The notes below the pieces were generated by a model that was not told the DNA's origin, did not search any database, and was given only the letters and a program-made list of their open reading frames with translations. From Fidelibacterota bacterium (GTDB lineage Bacteria; Pseudomonadota; Alphaproteobacteria; Rhodospirillales; Rhodospirillaceae), in NCBI GenBank assembly GCA_947476625.1, contig CANJRA010000003.1, positions 821-64,820 on the forward strand: 64,000 bases of DNA, read 5' to 3'. Every line of letters starts with the position of its first letter. Position 1 is the first letter of the stretch. Below, one piece after another: positions 48,194-58,194 of the stretch. Both the position numbers and the translations under genes were made by a program.

Positions 48194-49708
48194 TCAGATG
48201 CGTTCGACGCGACCTTCCAATCCCAAATGATCCGCGATCCGCTTCACGCGTCGCAGATACGGCCCAGCCCGGAACAGCGGGTCTGAATCCGGCACCGTCA
48301 GCACCAAATTACCGCCGGCGATCTTCAGACTGGTTTTCTTCAGCACGCCCGGCGCGCCAGCCGATAGCGCATAAGCGAGGCGCAGCGTCAGGCCGATGGT
48401 CTGCACGCGGTGAATGCGTGAATCCGGCAGTAGTGTATGCGCCTGCTTGATAATCGGCTTCGCAGGTCCGCTGCCGTAGCGGTAATACAGCGCAAGCGCC
48501 AAGCCGGCGCGGTCTTCATGGCCCAATCCCAAATACGGCAGACGCAGCACACGCAGGAAGGCTTGCTCGGCACGGTAGTCGGGATGCTCGCTCCACCACA
48601 CGTCGCGCAGCAGACAGGCCGCGAGCCGCAGCTTCTTCTGCCGGGGCGATTCATCCTTGAACAGCGGCGACATCCATTCAAAGGTCTCATGGCCCGCGGC
48701 TGGCGCGCGGCCGGCGCCGCGCGCGATTTCCTCGGTCAGGCTGATCAGCGGGTCTTGCTTGCGCACGGCCTCCGGCAGCGACTTGAAGAACTGACCTTCG
48801 CGCATGCCGTAGATCGAGAACACCAGTACGCGCGGCTTGTTGATCTCCAAAAGCCGCTCAAGCACTGCCGCGCCCAAAGGCAAGGTGGCCAAACGTCCCC
48901 GTGAGATGCCCTTAATTTGCTCCAGGCTCTTGGGGCTCAACCGCGAGATGACATCGAACAACGAAATCGCCTGCGCACGATCGAGCGTGAAGTTGTCGAG
49001 CACATGCAGTGGGTAGTCCATCTGCGCGATACACACGCGCGCGAGCGACCGCCAAGCCCCGCCCACGGCAAACAACGTCTTGTCCTTGGCCTTCGACACC
49101 CACTTATGTTTGTCGAGCGCCTTGTTGATAATCGAGAGCGCTTTCGTACGATCGCCGTCGGCGGCCTCCGTCAGGCGCAAAAGGCCCAGCGGCAGCGTCG
49201 TATGCTCGCTCATCTCGCCATTGCCGATTTCCACCAGCTCCAGGCTACCCCCACCGAGATCGGCCACGACACCATCGGCGTCGGGAATGCCACAGAGTAC
49301 GCCCAGCGCCGATCGCCGCGCTTCCTGCTTGCCGGTGAGGATCTGAACTTTGATATCGCAGCGCTTCTCCAGCGCCTTGGCGAAGGCCGCGCCGTCTTCA
49401 GCGTCGCGCACGGCCGCCGTCGCCAGGGTGTCGATATTTTCCACGCCCAAAGACCGCGCAATGCGCACATACCGCGCCACCGTATCGAACGCCATGCCGA
49501 CGCCATCGGAATTAAGCTGACCGGTTTTTTCCAAGCCCTTGCCGAGCGCGCAGATAACTTTTTCGTTGTGCAGGGGAATCGGTGTGCGCGTGAGGCCGCT
49601 GTAGACCACGAGACGTACGGAATTAGAACCGACGTCGATCACCGCCACAGGCTTGATCTTCGATCCGCCTTCGGGAGCTGAGGGAATGGAGGAGTCTTTC
49701 TGGCCCAT
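48194..49708 (-). CDS. ppx: Exopolyphosphatase (Ppx/GppA family)
   Basis: AVIDVGSNSVRLVVY...ATAAVRDA...VADLGGGSLEL matches the family. It lies adjacent to ppk. Confidence 0.93.
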   Translation of the reverse strand: MGQKDSSIPSAPEGGSKIKPVAVIDVGSNSVRLVVYSGLTRTPIPLHNEKVICALGKGLEKTGQLNSDGVGMAFDTVARYVRIARSLGVENIDTLATAAVRDAEDGAAFAKALEKRCDIKVQILTGKQEARRSALGVLCGIPDADGVVADLGGGSLELVEIGNGEMSEHTTLPLGLLRLTEAADGDRTKALSIINKALDKHKWVSKAKDKTLFAVGGAWRSLARVCIAQMDYPLHVLDNFTLDRAQAISLFDVISRLSPKSLEQIKGISRGRLATLPLGAAVLERLLEINKPRVLVFSIYGMREGQFFKSLPEAVRKQDPLISLTEEIARGAGRAPAAGHETFEWMSPLFKDESPRQKKLRLAACLLRDVWWSEHPDYRAEQAFLRVLRLPYLGLGHEDRAGLALALYYRYGSGPAKPIIKQAHTLLPDSRIHRVQTIGLTLRLAYALSAGAPGVLKKTSLKIAGGNLVLTVPDSDPLFRAGPYLRRVKRIADHLGLEGRVERI

Positions 49709-49777
49709 GTCTCTCTCAAACGCATTTCAACGGACGGCTTCCGCCCGATGCATCTTATGCGGCGTTTGATATCAGCT

Positions 49778-51973
49778 TTAGCGGCGGCTGGGAACCAACT
49801 TGGGCACCCGCTTCTTTGCACGTTCTACAGCGCTACCCTGACCCGACAGACTCGGATTAGTCATGAAGTATTCATGGGCCGAGAACGGCGAATCACCGAC
49901 GGTGTCGCGAATATAGACGCCGTCTGGTCTCAATTCCCAGCTTTGCAGGTTATCGTTGAAATTGACGACCATGATCTGATCGAGAATCTGCTGATGGACG
50001 GTCGCGTTCTCGACCGGCACAAAAGTCTCGACACGCGCGTCCAGATTGCGCGGCATCCAGTCGGCCGAGGAAATAAAAATTTTAGCCTTGCGCGACGGCA
50101 TGTCGTGGCCATTCCCGACGCACACAATGCGCGAATGCTCTAAAAACCGTCCGACAATGCTCTTCACCCGGATATTGTCCGACAGGCCCAGCACACGCGG
50201 ACGCAAGCCGCAAATGCCGCGCACCACCAGTTCAATCCGCACACCGGCTTGCGATGCGCGGTACAGCGCATCGATAATCTCGGGATCGACGATGGAATTC
50301 ATCTTCGCCCAGATCGTGCCCGGCTTGCCGTCCTTCACAAAATTGATTTCATCCTCAATCAGCGCCATGAGCTTCTTACGCAAACCAATCGGCGCAATCG
50401 CCAGCTTCTCGAGCGAATCCGGCTGGGCGTACCCTGTCATGTAATTAAACACGCGCGTGCCATCGCGGCACAAAATCGGATCGGATGTGAAGAACGATAG
50501 ATCGGTATAAATCTTCGCGGTAATCGCGTGATAGTTGCCAGTACCGAAGTGCACGTACGACCGTGTCTCAGCACCTTCCCGGCGCACCACCAGCGATATT
50601 TTGGCGTGGGTTTTCAGGTTCACGAAACCGAATACAACGCTCGCGCCTGCGCGCTCTAAATCGCGCGCCCAGCGGATGTTGGCTTCTTCGTCGAAGCGCG
50701 CTTTCAACTCGACCATCGCCGTCACTGACTTACCGGCCTCGGCGGCTTCCACCAGCGCCTTCACGATCGGGCTGTCCTTGCTGGTGCGGTAGAGCGTTTG
50801 TTTGATCGATACGACGTTGGGGTCGCCCGCGGCTTGGCGTAGGAACTGCACCACGACGTCGAAAGATTCATACGGATGGTGAACGACAATGTCCTTCTGG
50901 CGGATCGCCGCGAAGCAATCGCCGCCAAAGTCGCGGATACGTTCCGGGAAGCGCGCGTTGTACGGGGGAAACAGCAAGTCGGGCCGGTCATCGGTGATCA
51001 GCTGCTTCAAATCAGTCTGGCCGATCATGCCTTCGATCTTGAAAGTATCTTCCGGTGAGACTTCCAATTCGTCGCAGATCACCTTCACCTGATCCGCCGG
51101 CATGTCACCCGCGAGCGCCAAACGGATGCACGTGCCGCGGCGGCGGCGCTTCAAGGCGCTCTCGAAACTGCCTACTAAATCTTGCGCTTCTTCGTCGATT
51201 TCCATTTCCGAGTCACGAATAACGCGGAAGTGGCCGGTTTGGAGCACCTTGTAGCCCGGGAACAACGCGCCCGCGAACATCAGCACGAGGTCTTCGACCA
51301 AGATAAAACGGATATCCTGCCCTTTAAGCCGCACGAAACGCTGCACCTGCGGCGGGATCGGCACCAGCGCGCGCATCACTTCACCATCGGCGATGCGCAC
51401 CAGTTGCAGCACCAGCGCGTGGCCCAGGTTCGGAATGAACGGAAACGGGTGCGCAGGATCAACCGCCAGCGGCGTGAACACCGGAAAGATATGCTCCATG
51501 AAACGCTCTTCGAGCGCCTGGCGGTCCTCGGCGGAAATTTCCGCCGGACTCACGACATGGATTCCTTCTTTCGCTAAAAGCGCCTTCAGCTCAATCCAGG
51601 CGTTATCCTGCTCTTTGAAGAGACCACGCACGGCTTCGTTGATCAGATCGAGCTGTTCTTGCGGCGCCAATCCATCGGCCGACAACAACGTCACGCCCGC
51701 GTTGACCTGGCCCTTCAGGCCCGCAACGCGCACCATGTAAAACTCATCAAGGTTGGAAGCCGAGATCGACAAAAAGCGCACGCGCTCGAGTATCGGATGG
51801 CGCGGATTACGGGCTTCTTCCAGAACGCGGGTGTTGAACGCGAGCCACGACAGTTCGCGATTGATGAATCGCTCACGCGGCGGCAATGAATTCATATCCA
51901 CCGGCTGCGACGTCCGCACGGGGCGCATAGCCTTGGCCGCTGGGACTTTTGATAGTGGCTCGCCGGTGTTCAT
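49778..51973 (-). CDS. ppk: Polyphosphate kinase 1
   Basis: [20 protein letters not shown]...[11 protein letters not shown]...[11 protein letters not shown]...GTGNYH...RFLEHSRI matches Ppk1. 731 aa. Confidence 0.97.
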   Translation of the reverse strand: MNTGEPLSKVPAAKAMRPVRTSQPVDMNSLPPRERFINRELSWLAFNTRVLEEARNPRHPILERVRFLSISASNLDEFYMVRVAGLKGQVNAGVTLLSADGLAPQEQLDLINEAVRGLFKEQDNAWIELKALLAKEGIHVVSPAEISAEDRQALEERFMEHIFPVFTPLAVDPAHPFPFIPNLGHALVLQLVRIADGEVMRALVPIPPQVQRFVRLKGQDIRFILVEDLVLMFAGALFPGYKVLQTGHFRVIRDSEMEIDEEAQDLVGSFESALKRRRRGTCIRLALAGDMPADQVKVICDELEVSPEDTFKIEGMIGQTDLKQLITDDRPDLLFPPYNARFPERIRDFGGDCFAAIRQKDIVVHHPYESFDVVVQFLRQAAGDPNVVSIKQTLYRTSKDSPIVKALVEAAEAGKSVTAMVELKARFDEEANIRWARDLERAGASVVFGFVNLKTHAKISLVVRREGAETRSYVHFGTGNYHAITAKIYTDLSFFTSDPILCRDGTRVFNYMTGYAQPDSLEKLAIAPIGLRKKLMALIEDEINFVKDGKPGTIWAKMNSIVDPEIIDALYRASQAGVRIELVVRGICGLRPRVLGLSDNIRVKSIVGRFLEHSRIVCVGNGHDMPSRKAKIFISSADWMPRNLDARVETFVPVENATVHQQILDQIMVVNFNDNLQSWELRPDGVYIRDTVGDSPFSAHEYFMTNPSLSGQGSAVERAKKRVPKLVPSRR

Positions 51974-52126
51974 CGCTCTCTCCGCTGTACGACGGCAATT
52001 CCACGCCCTTGCGCCCGGAAAAGCAACCGCCGCGGCGGAATTTCACAAAATTGCAATGATTTCTGCGGCTTACCGGCTATTATAGGATGAAATTCCGAAG
52101 AATGATGTGATTTTACCGAGCCGCCG

Positions 52127-52654
52127 TTGAAAACACTGCACCTTCTCAGACACGCAAAGGCCGTCGAGGGTAATCCCCACACGACCGATCACGCGCGTGA
52201 ACTCTCCAAGCGCGGCGTTAAGGGCGCCAAAGCGCTGGCCGCTCACCTACTGGATAATCCATTCCCCATCGACCGTACGTTCTGCTCGACGTCCACGCGC
52301 ACGCGCCAGACCTATGAATTGATTGCGGCGTCGTTAGGCAAAGTTCCCGTGTCCTATCGCGACCGGCTTTACCTGATCGACTTCGGCGACCTCATGGGCT
52401 TTGTGCAAGGGTTGCCCGACACCACGACCTCGATCCTGGTGATCGGCCACAATCCTGCATTCCACATGGCGGTGCTTGCTTTAGCCAAAGGCGCCGCACC
52501 GGGTCACAGCGATGATATTGCGACCCTCAAGGAAAAATATCCGGCGGGTGCGCTTTGCAGCCTGGAATTCGATACCACGCATTGGCGTCAGGTAAAAGCC
52601 GGCACCGGTCTTCTCACGCGCTTCTTGCGGCCGCGCGACTTGGAAGACGAGTAA
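52127..52654 (+). CDS. SixA-like histidine phosphatase family protein
   Basis: LHLLRHAKA...ARELSKRG...VIGHNP carries the RHG motif. TTG start. Confidence 0.82.
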   Translation: MKTLHLLRHAKAVEGNPHTTDHARELSKRGVKGAKALAAHLLDNPFPIDRTFCSTSTRTRQTYELIAASLGKVPVSYRDRLYLIDFGDLMGFVQGLPDTTTSILVIGHNPAFHMAVLALAKGAAPGHSDDIATLKEKYPAGALCSLEFDTTHWRQVKAGTGLLTRFLRPRDLEDE

Positions 52655-52674
52655 AGCCCCAGGGCAAAAGGCGC

Positions 52675-53340
52675 TTAGGTGTTTTCAAGAACCTGCTTGA
52701 TCAGCGGTATCGTCACCGGCCGTTTGCCCGCAAGCGAGGCACTATCCGCACGCGCGACAATCTGGCGCGCCGCGGCGAAGGTCCGATCCATGTGACGCAC
52801 GAGATACGCGATGACATCGGGCGCGACGCCAATTTGCCGATCGGCGAAAAGTTTTACCAGCACGGCTTCAATCATGGCGTCATCCGGCGCCGAAATTCTG
52901 ACGGCGGGAACCGAGGACAACCGCGATTTCAGATCGGGTAACGCCACCGGCCACCGGCCCGGCGCGTCACGCGAGGCCAACAGCAGATGCCCGCTGCGTT
53001 CCTTGACCGCGTTGAACAGATGCAAAAGTGCCCGCGGATCGGAAACCGCTTCGCCGCCTTCCAGCGCCAATGCGGCGTGCCCATCGACAATTGCGGCAAC
53101 GGCATCGAGGCGCACATCCTCCGCCGACAGAATGCGCGCACCCGAATGCAGAGCGAACACATGAACGAGATGCGATTTGCCGCATCCGGTGGGACCGAAG
53201 ATCGCCAAGGCATGCCCGGGCCACGCCCCGGGATTGTCTATCCAGCTGACAGCCTCACAATTGCCCGTGGTCACCAGAAAGTCGTCACGGTCGAAAGCCG
53301 TGCGATAGCCTAAATCGAGGACAAGCTGGCGTTCGGTCAT
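52675..53340 (-). CDS. hdaA: DnaA regulatory inactivator HdaA
   Basis: It has the N-terminal clamp-binding-like motif QLVLDL, Walker A FGPTGCGKSHL and a DnaA-AAA+-like body. 221 aa. Confidence 0.9.
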   Translation of the reverse strand: MTERQLVLDLGYRTAFDRDDFLVTTGNCEAVSWIDNPGAWPGHALAIFGPTGCGKSHLVHVFALHSGARILSAEDVRLDAVAAIVDGHAALALEGGEAVSDPRALLHLFNAVKERSGHLLLASRDAPGRWPVALPDLKSRLSSVPAVRISAPDDAMIEAVLVKLFADRQIGVAPDVIAYLVRHMDRTFAAARQIVARADSASLAGKRPVTIPLIKQVLENT

Positions 53341-53345
53341 AGAGG

Positions 53346-54554
53346 CTATTGCGCTTCAGCCGCAGGCGTGCCCGGCTTGGTAAGAACACGGCTTGCAGCC
53401 GGGACACCGCGCGCCTGAATAATCCACACGCCGTTTTGCTGGGAGAGCGACAGGTCTTGCTGCGACATCGCCAGATCAAGCTGTCTCTGGGCGCCGGCAT
53501 AATGGAGCGTCACCTGTACGCGATCGCGCGTCATCGCCAGAAGCTCGACATTGTCGATCAGCTGCACATCTTCGAGATGTTTCCTGACCGTGATCCATTC
53601 CTTAAGGTCGCTCACCTGCACAAGCGCCGTGATTTGCGTCGTGCCGCCGAAAGCAACCCGGTTGCGGCGTTTCCAACTGTCCTGAAGCGCCGACGCGGCG
53701 GCGCGCGCCGCTGCGGCAAGCACATCCTGACGGCTCTGACCGGGTTCGGCGCTTTGCGTTACACTCAAATCTTCCGACGGCAGATCATTGCGAAGTTCCG
53801 ACAAAGCAATTTGGGCCGTGTCGCCCGAGAATGTCGCCATGGCGATAATCGAACCATCGGCGCCGTAACGCGCCGCCAATGCGTTTAGACCTGCAAGATC
53901 CTTCGCCGCCGCCTGTTCAGTTGCCAGCGCCGCCGCGTCATCACGGTCGCCGGCGGGAACAATCAACGGCACCAGCCCGGAATCTTTAGGCACCTGCGAC
54001 CAAGCCGCACGCCAGGCATTGTCGTCGCCCCACAACGTCCAGCGTGCGCCGCTGCTGTCACGCAGCAGCGGTACTACCACCACCGGCTTGCTGAGTGTCT
54101 CGGTGAACGGGACATTGTTGCTGCGCAACAGGCGCCTGATGACATTCGGATCGAAACGCACCGTCAGATCGGCCAGGTAGCGCACCGCCGAATTGCGTTC
54201 GTTCTCGATCGAGAAATCGCGCACCATGTCGATGATCTGAGTCGAGCTCAGCTGCGGCACACGGTTCAAATCCTCGCGGGCGACCACACGCTCGATGACT
54301 TTACGGAAACCATCCACCCGGCCTTGCGTGAGGCCGCGCTCGCGGGCCTCGGTGACCGTGGCAGCCGTGACATCCACCGGCACGGCAAAAGCCACAAACA
54401 CGTCTTTGGCCGTGACAGCGCCAGGGCCCGTGGCAGCCGCCGACTGGGCGCCCGCTGGGGTCGACACCGTCAAAAAGGCCGCAAAAAGCGCGCCGCCGAC
54501 GGCTCTTCCCACGACCATTGCAAAGCCGCGTCGATCCAGTATGTTCGCCCTCAT
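53346..54554 (-). CDS. DUF2066 domain-containing secreted protein
   Basis: It has a signal peptide and the DUF2066-like sequence VVVPLLRDSSGARWTLWGDDNAWRAAW. It is in the conserved position upstream of hdaA. An alternative start is MVVGR at 54518. Confidence 0.65.
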   Translation of the reverse strand: MRANILDRRGFAMVVGRAVGGALFAAFLTVSTPAGAQSAAATGPGAVTAKDVFVAFAVPVDVTAATVTEARERGLTQGRVDGFRKVIERVVAREDLNRVPQLSSTQIIDMVRDFSIENERNSAVRYLADLTVRFDPNVIRRLLRSNNVPFTETLSKPVVVVPLLRDSSGARWTLWGDDNAWRAAWSQVPKDSGLVPLIVPAGDRDDAAALATEQAAAKDLAGLNALAARYGADGSIIAMATFSGDTAQIALSELRNDLPSEDLSVTQSAEPGQSRQDVLAAAARAAASALQDSWKRRNRVAFGGTTQITALVQVSDLKEWITVRKHLEDVQLIDNVELLAMTRDRVQVTLHYAGAQRQLDLAMSQQDLSLSQQNGVWIIQARGVPAASRVLTKPGTPAAEAQ

Positions 54555-54566
54555 ATGTGCCTCAAG

Positions 54567-54575
54567 TTATCCACA
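54567..54575 (+). promoter_or_regulatory. Consensus DnaA box in the DUF2066-hdaA / purM divergent region
   Basis: TTATCCACA is a perfect 9-mer. It lies 2 nt upstream of the purM-like ATG and 13 nt upstream of the annotated DUF2066 start. Confidence 0.45.
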
Positions 54576-54577
54576 AC

Positions 54578-55699
54578 ATGACCCAGCAAAAACGTCCCCC
54601 CGGTTTAGCCTACAAAGACGCCGGGGTCGACTACTCCAAGATCGACCCGCTCAAAATCGACGCGCAGCAGGCCGCCCGCGAAACCGGCGGCAATCTCGCG
54701 CGGCTTGGCTATAAGGAAATCTCATCGTCGCGCGGTGAGTCGGCCTACGTCGTCGACATCGGCGACTTCCTGCTGGCCTCAATCACCGAATGCCTGGGCA
54801 CCAAGGTGCTGATTGCCGACGCCATGCGGCGGGTCACCGGCAAAACCTATTTCGACAACCTGGCCCAAGACACCTTGGCCATGGCGATCAACGACATCAT
54901 CACCGTTGGCGCAACACCGGTATCGGTCCAGGCCTATTGGGCCGCCGGCAGCAGTAATTGGTTCGACGACAAAGAACGCGCCCGCGATCTGGTGCAGGGC
55001 TGGAAAGCCGCTTGCGACCATTGCGGCGTCAGCTGGGGCGGCGGCGAGACACCGAGCCTCGGTGGCGTAGTGGAATCCGGCACCATAGACCTCGCGGCCT
55101 CCTGCCTTGGCGTCGTCAAACCGCGCGAACGCCTGACACTGCAAGATAAAATGAAACCGGGCGATGCCATTGTGCTGCTGGCCTCCAGCGGCATCCACGC
55201 CAACGGCGTGTCGCTTGCGCGCAAACTCGCGCTAGAAGTCGCCGACGGATATGAAGCCGTGCTCAGTGACGGCCGCCTGTACGGCGACGCGCTGCTCGAT
55301 GCCACCACCTTATACTCACCCGTGACCGAGGCGTTGTTCGCGGCGGGCGTCATGCCGCACTACATCGCCAACATTACCGGTCACGGCTGGCGCAAGGTTA
55401 TGCGTCACGGGGACGAACTCACGTATCGCTTCCATACCGTGCCGCCCGTGCCGCCTGTGTTGGCGTTCATTCAAGAAAACGCGAACATGAGCGACAGCGA
55501 TGCCTACGGAACCTTCAACATGGGCGCGGGCTTCGCACTGTTCGTTGCCGCGGAAGACGCCGAAAAGACTGTAGAGGTCTCCAAGAAGCTCGGCATCGAC
55601 GCTTGGAATGCTGGCGTCATCGAAGCCGGCGCGAAAAGCGTGATCATCGAACCGCTCGGCATCACCTTCACTGCCGACGACATGCACCTCAGGGCATGA
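54578..55699 (+). CDS. AIR synthase (PurM) family protein, divergent; probable phosphoribosylformylglycinamidine cyclo-ligase
   Basis: AYKDAGVDYSKIDP...TECLGTKVLIADAM...LAMAINDIITVGATP...WGGGETPSL...LLASSGIHANGVSLARKL has PurM-like architecture, but it differs noticeably from canonical alphaproteobacterial PurM motifs. Confidence 0.75.
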   Translation: MTQQKRPPGLAYKDAGVDYSKIDPLKIDAQQAARETGGNLARLGYKEISSSRGESAYVVDIGDFLLASITECLGTKVLIADAMRRVTGKTYFDNLAQDTLAMAINDIITVGATPVSVQAYWAAGSSNWFDDKERARDLVQGWKAACDHCGVSWGGGETPSLGGVVESGTIDLAASCLGVVKPRERLTLQDKMKPGDAIVLLASSGIHANGVSLARKLALEVADGYEAVLSDGRLYGDALLDATTLYSPVTEALFAAGVMPHYIANITGHGWRKVMRHGDELTYRFHTVPPVPPVLAFIQENANMSDSDAYGTFNMGAGFALFVAAEDAEKTVEVSKKLGIDAWNAGVIEAGAKSVIIEPLGITFTADDMHLRA

Positions 55700-55700
55700 T

Positions 55701-56588
55701 TTGAATCGCCTCCAGGCCGATATTCTTCTTTTCTTTACCGCGATCATTTGGGGCACCGCTTTCATCGCCCAAAAGATCGGCAACGAGAGCATGGGGCCGA
55801 TCACCTTTGTCGGTCTGCGCTTTCTGTTGTCGGCTTTGATGGTGTTACCGCTGGCGGTATGGGAATTCCGGAAAAGCACTGCTCCGCTCGCGCGACGCAA
55901 CATCGTCATCCTGATTGCCATCGGGCTGTGTCTGTTCGTCGGCAACTGCCTGCAGCAGGTCGCCATGGTGACCGCCTCGGCCACACACGGCGGCTTTCTC
56001 ACCGCGCTCTATGTCGTGTTGGTTCCTTTCACCACCTGGATACTGACACGCGAACGCATACGCCCGCTGGTGCTGGTCGCCTGTCTCGTATCGATCACCG
56101 GCGCATATCTCCTCACCTACCGTGGCGATGACGGCGCATGGCATAGCGGCGATATCCTGCTGGTAGGGTCGGATTTCTTCTGGGCTTTGTGGATCACCCT
56201 CATCGGTATGTTCATGAAATCCGGGAAGCGCCCCTATTTTCTGGCCTTCACGCAATTCGCCATTACGTTTGCATTGGCAACACCGCTCGGATTTGCGCTT
56301 GAGCCCAATACGCTTAAAGGCATCCAGACCGCACTGCCGGCCTTGCTGTTCACGGGTCTGATTTCCGGCGGGCTGGCGTTCACGCTGCAAATTTTTGCGC
56401 AGCGCCACACGCCCCCGGCCGAGGCAGCTCTGATCATGTCCTTGGAAAGCGTCTTCGCATCTATCGCCGGAGCTATTCTGCTAGGCGAACGCTTGACCAC
56501 ACTAGCTCTTACCGGCTGTGCGTTGATCCTGGCCGGCGTTATCGTCGCCGAAGTTCTGCCCGCGGCGCTGCGTAAGCAAAAACTATAG
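55701..56588 (+). CDS. DMT superfamily (EamA-like) transporter
   Basis: It has 10 TM segments and two EamA repeats (FFTAIIWGTAFIAQK...). TTG start. Confidence 0.85.
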   Translation: MNRLQADILLFFTAIIWGTAFIAQKIGNESMGPITFVGLRFLLSALMVLPLAVWEFRKSTAPLARRNIVILIAIGLCLFVGNCLQQVAMVTASATHGGFLTALYVVLVPFTTWILTRERIRPLVLVACLVSITGAYLLTYRGDDGAWHSGDILLVGSDFFWALWITLIGMFMKSGKRPYFLAFTQFAITFALATPLGFALEPNTLKGIQTALPALLFTGLISGGLAFTLQIFAQRHTPPAEAALIMSLESVFASIAGAILLGERLTTLALTGCALILAGVIVAEVLPAALRKQKL

Positions 56589-57203
56589 CCGGTCGAGATC
56601 GATCTCGCGCGCGATGATACGCTTCAAGGTCTCGGGATAAAGGTCTTGTTCCTTGGCTTGCACGCGCGCGGCCAAGGTCGCGGCGGTGTCGTCAGCTTGC
56701 ACCGGCACGCGGGCCTGCGCGACCACCGCACCCTTATCGTATTCGCCGTCGACCAGATGAATCGTGACGCCGGTTTCCGCGTCACCTGCCTGCAGCACGG
56801 CTTCGTGTACATGCTGGCCGTACATGCCCTGTCCGCCGAATTTCGGCAGCAGCGCCGGATGCACGTTGAGAATGCGGCGCGCGAACGATCCCAGCGTCTC
56901 GGGGCCTAGTTTCCGCATATAGCCAGCGAGGATCACGAGGTCCGCGCCGTATTGCGCCAAGGTCGCCGCAATGGCGGCATCGGCGGCGGCGTCGGAGCCT
57001 GCGGTCTTCGCGCTGATGTGAACCGTGGGGATTTTGTTTTCTTTCGCCCAGGCCATAACGGCGCTGTCGCCGTTGTTGCTGATCAGCACGGCTGGCGATG
57101 CACGCAAGCTCCCGTCGCGGCAAGCCGCGACGATGGCGCGCATACTGGTCCCGTTATGGGAGGCGAGGAACGCAAGGCTGGGACGCGACGGCAGCGATGC
57201 CAT
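56583..57203 (-). CDS. purN: Phosphoribosylglycinamide formyltransferase
   Basis: DLVILAGYMRKL...ILNVHPALLPKFGG...GVTIHLVDGEYDKGAVVAQ matches PurN. Confidence 0.92.
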   Translation of the reverse strand: MASLPSRPSLAFLASHNGTSMRAIVAACRDGSLRASPAVLISNNGDSAVMAWAKENKIPTVHISAKTAGSDAAADAAIAATLAQYGADLVILAGYMRKLGPETLGSFARRILNVHPALLPKFGGQGMYGQHVHEAVLQAGDAETGVTIHLVDGEYDKGAVVAQARVPVQADDTAATLAARVQAKEQDLYPETLKRIIAREIDLDRL

Positions 57204-57223
57204 GACGTCCCTGCCCGGTTTGC

Positions 57224-57646
57224 TTAGCCGACGATTTCGGTGGCGGCGAAGAAGTACGAGATTTCGCGCGCTGCGCTGGTCGGCGAGTCCGAGCCATGCG
57301 CCGAATTGGCGTCGATGGATTCCGCGAAGGTTTTGCGGATGGTGCCTTCGGCGGCGTTCGCCGGGTTAGTGGCGCCCATGATTTCGCGATTTTTGGCGAT
57401 GGCGTTTTCGCCTTCCAGCACCTGCAGAACGACCGCACCGGAGGACATGAAATCTGTCAGGCCGCCGAAGAAGCCCTTGCCGCTGTGTTCGGCATAGAAG
57501 CCTTCAGCCTGTGCCTTGGTCAGGCGGACGCGCTTCTGGGCGACGATCTTAAGACCGCCGGCTTCCAGCATGGCATTGATCTTACCCGTCAAATCGCGGC
57601 GCGTAGCATCGGGCTTAATAATGGAAAGTGTGCGTTCGATGGCCAT
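57224..57646 (-). CDS. ndk: Nucleoside-diphosphate kinase
   Basis: [11 protein letters not shown]...NSAHGSDS matches Ndk. 140 aa. Confidence 0.97.
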   Translation of the reverse strand: MAIERTLSIIKPDATRRDLTGKINAMLEAGGLKIVAQKRVRLTKAQAEGFYAEHSGKGFFGGLTDFMSSGAVVLQVLEGENAIAKNREIMGATNPANAAEGTIRKTFAESIDANSAHGSDSPTSAAREISYFFAATEIVG

Positions 57647-57735
57647 AGAGTTCCGTCCTTGAATGCTGAGCGATGTAAAGTGCCGGGGTTATAAACAACG
57701 GCCGTTATCCATGCAACCCGGGCGGCGACCGGGCT

Positions 57736-58182
57736 CTAGGCGCCCTGTTCTTTCCACCCGGCGTCGGTTTGCTGCCAATAATGCAGCTCGTGGCCGGCGG
57801 CTTTGGCGGTGGACCAACGCGCGCGGGCCGCGCTGGTGGCTTCCTCGCTGTTGCCGTCAAAGAGGTCAAGGCAGCGGTCGAACTCAGCCATCCGGGCCGA
57901 CGACATGCCGTCGGTCAGCACCAGCATACGCGCGCCGTTGGGGTTCTCCTCCCGGTCGGTCAGCCAGATCGGCTGTTCGGCGGCGACGCCGTCTTTGACG
58001 GTGCCGTGCGGCAGCCAGGAGTTCGGATCGGCCGTCCACAATACGTTGGCGAGTGACTCGATGCGATCTTCCGACGCCGCCATCACCACGGCCCGATTTC
58101 CGCTTTGCAGAACGCGCTCCAGCAACTGCGGCAGCGCCCGTTCCACCGGCGAAGTCTGAAGATGATAAAAATCGACCCGCAT
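57736..58182 (-). CDS. holC: DNA polymerase III subunit chi
   Basis: MRVDFYHLQTSPVERALPQLLERVLQSGNRAVV...LWTADPNSWLPHG matches chi. Confidence 0.9.
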   Translation of the reverse strand: MRVDFYHLQTSPVERALPQLLERVLQSGNRAVVMAASEDRIESLANVLWTADPNSWLPHGTVKDGVAAEQPIWLTDREENPNGARMLVLTDGMSSARMAEFDRCLDLFDGNSEEATSAARARWSTAKAAGHELHYWQQTDAGWKEQGA

Positions 58183-58194
58183 GGCGCGTCGTTC

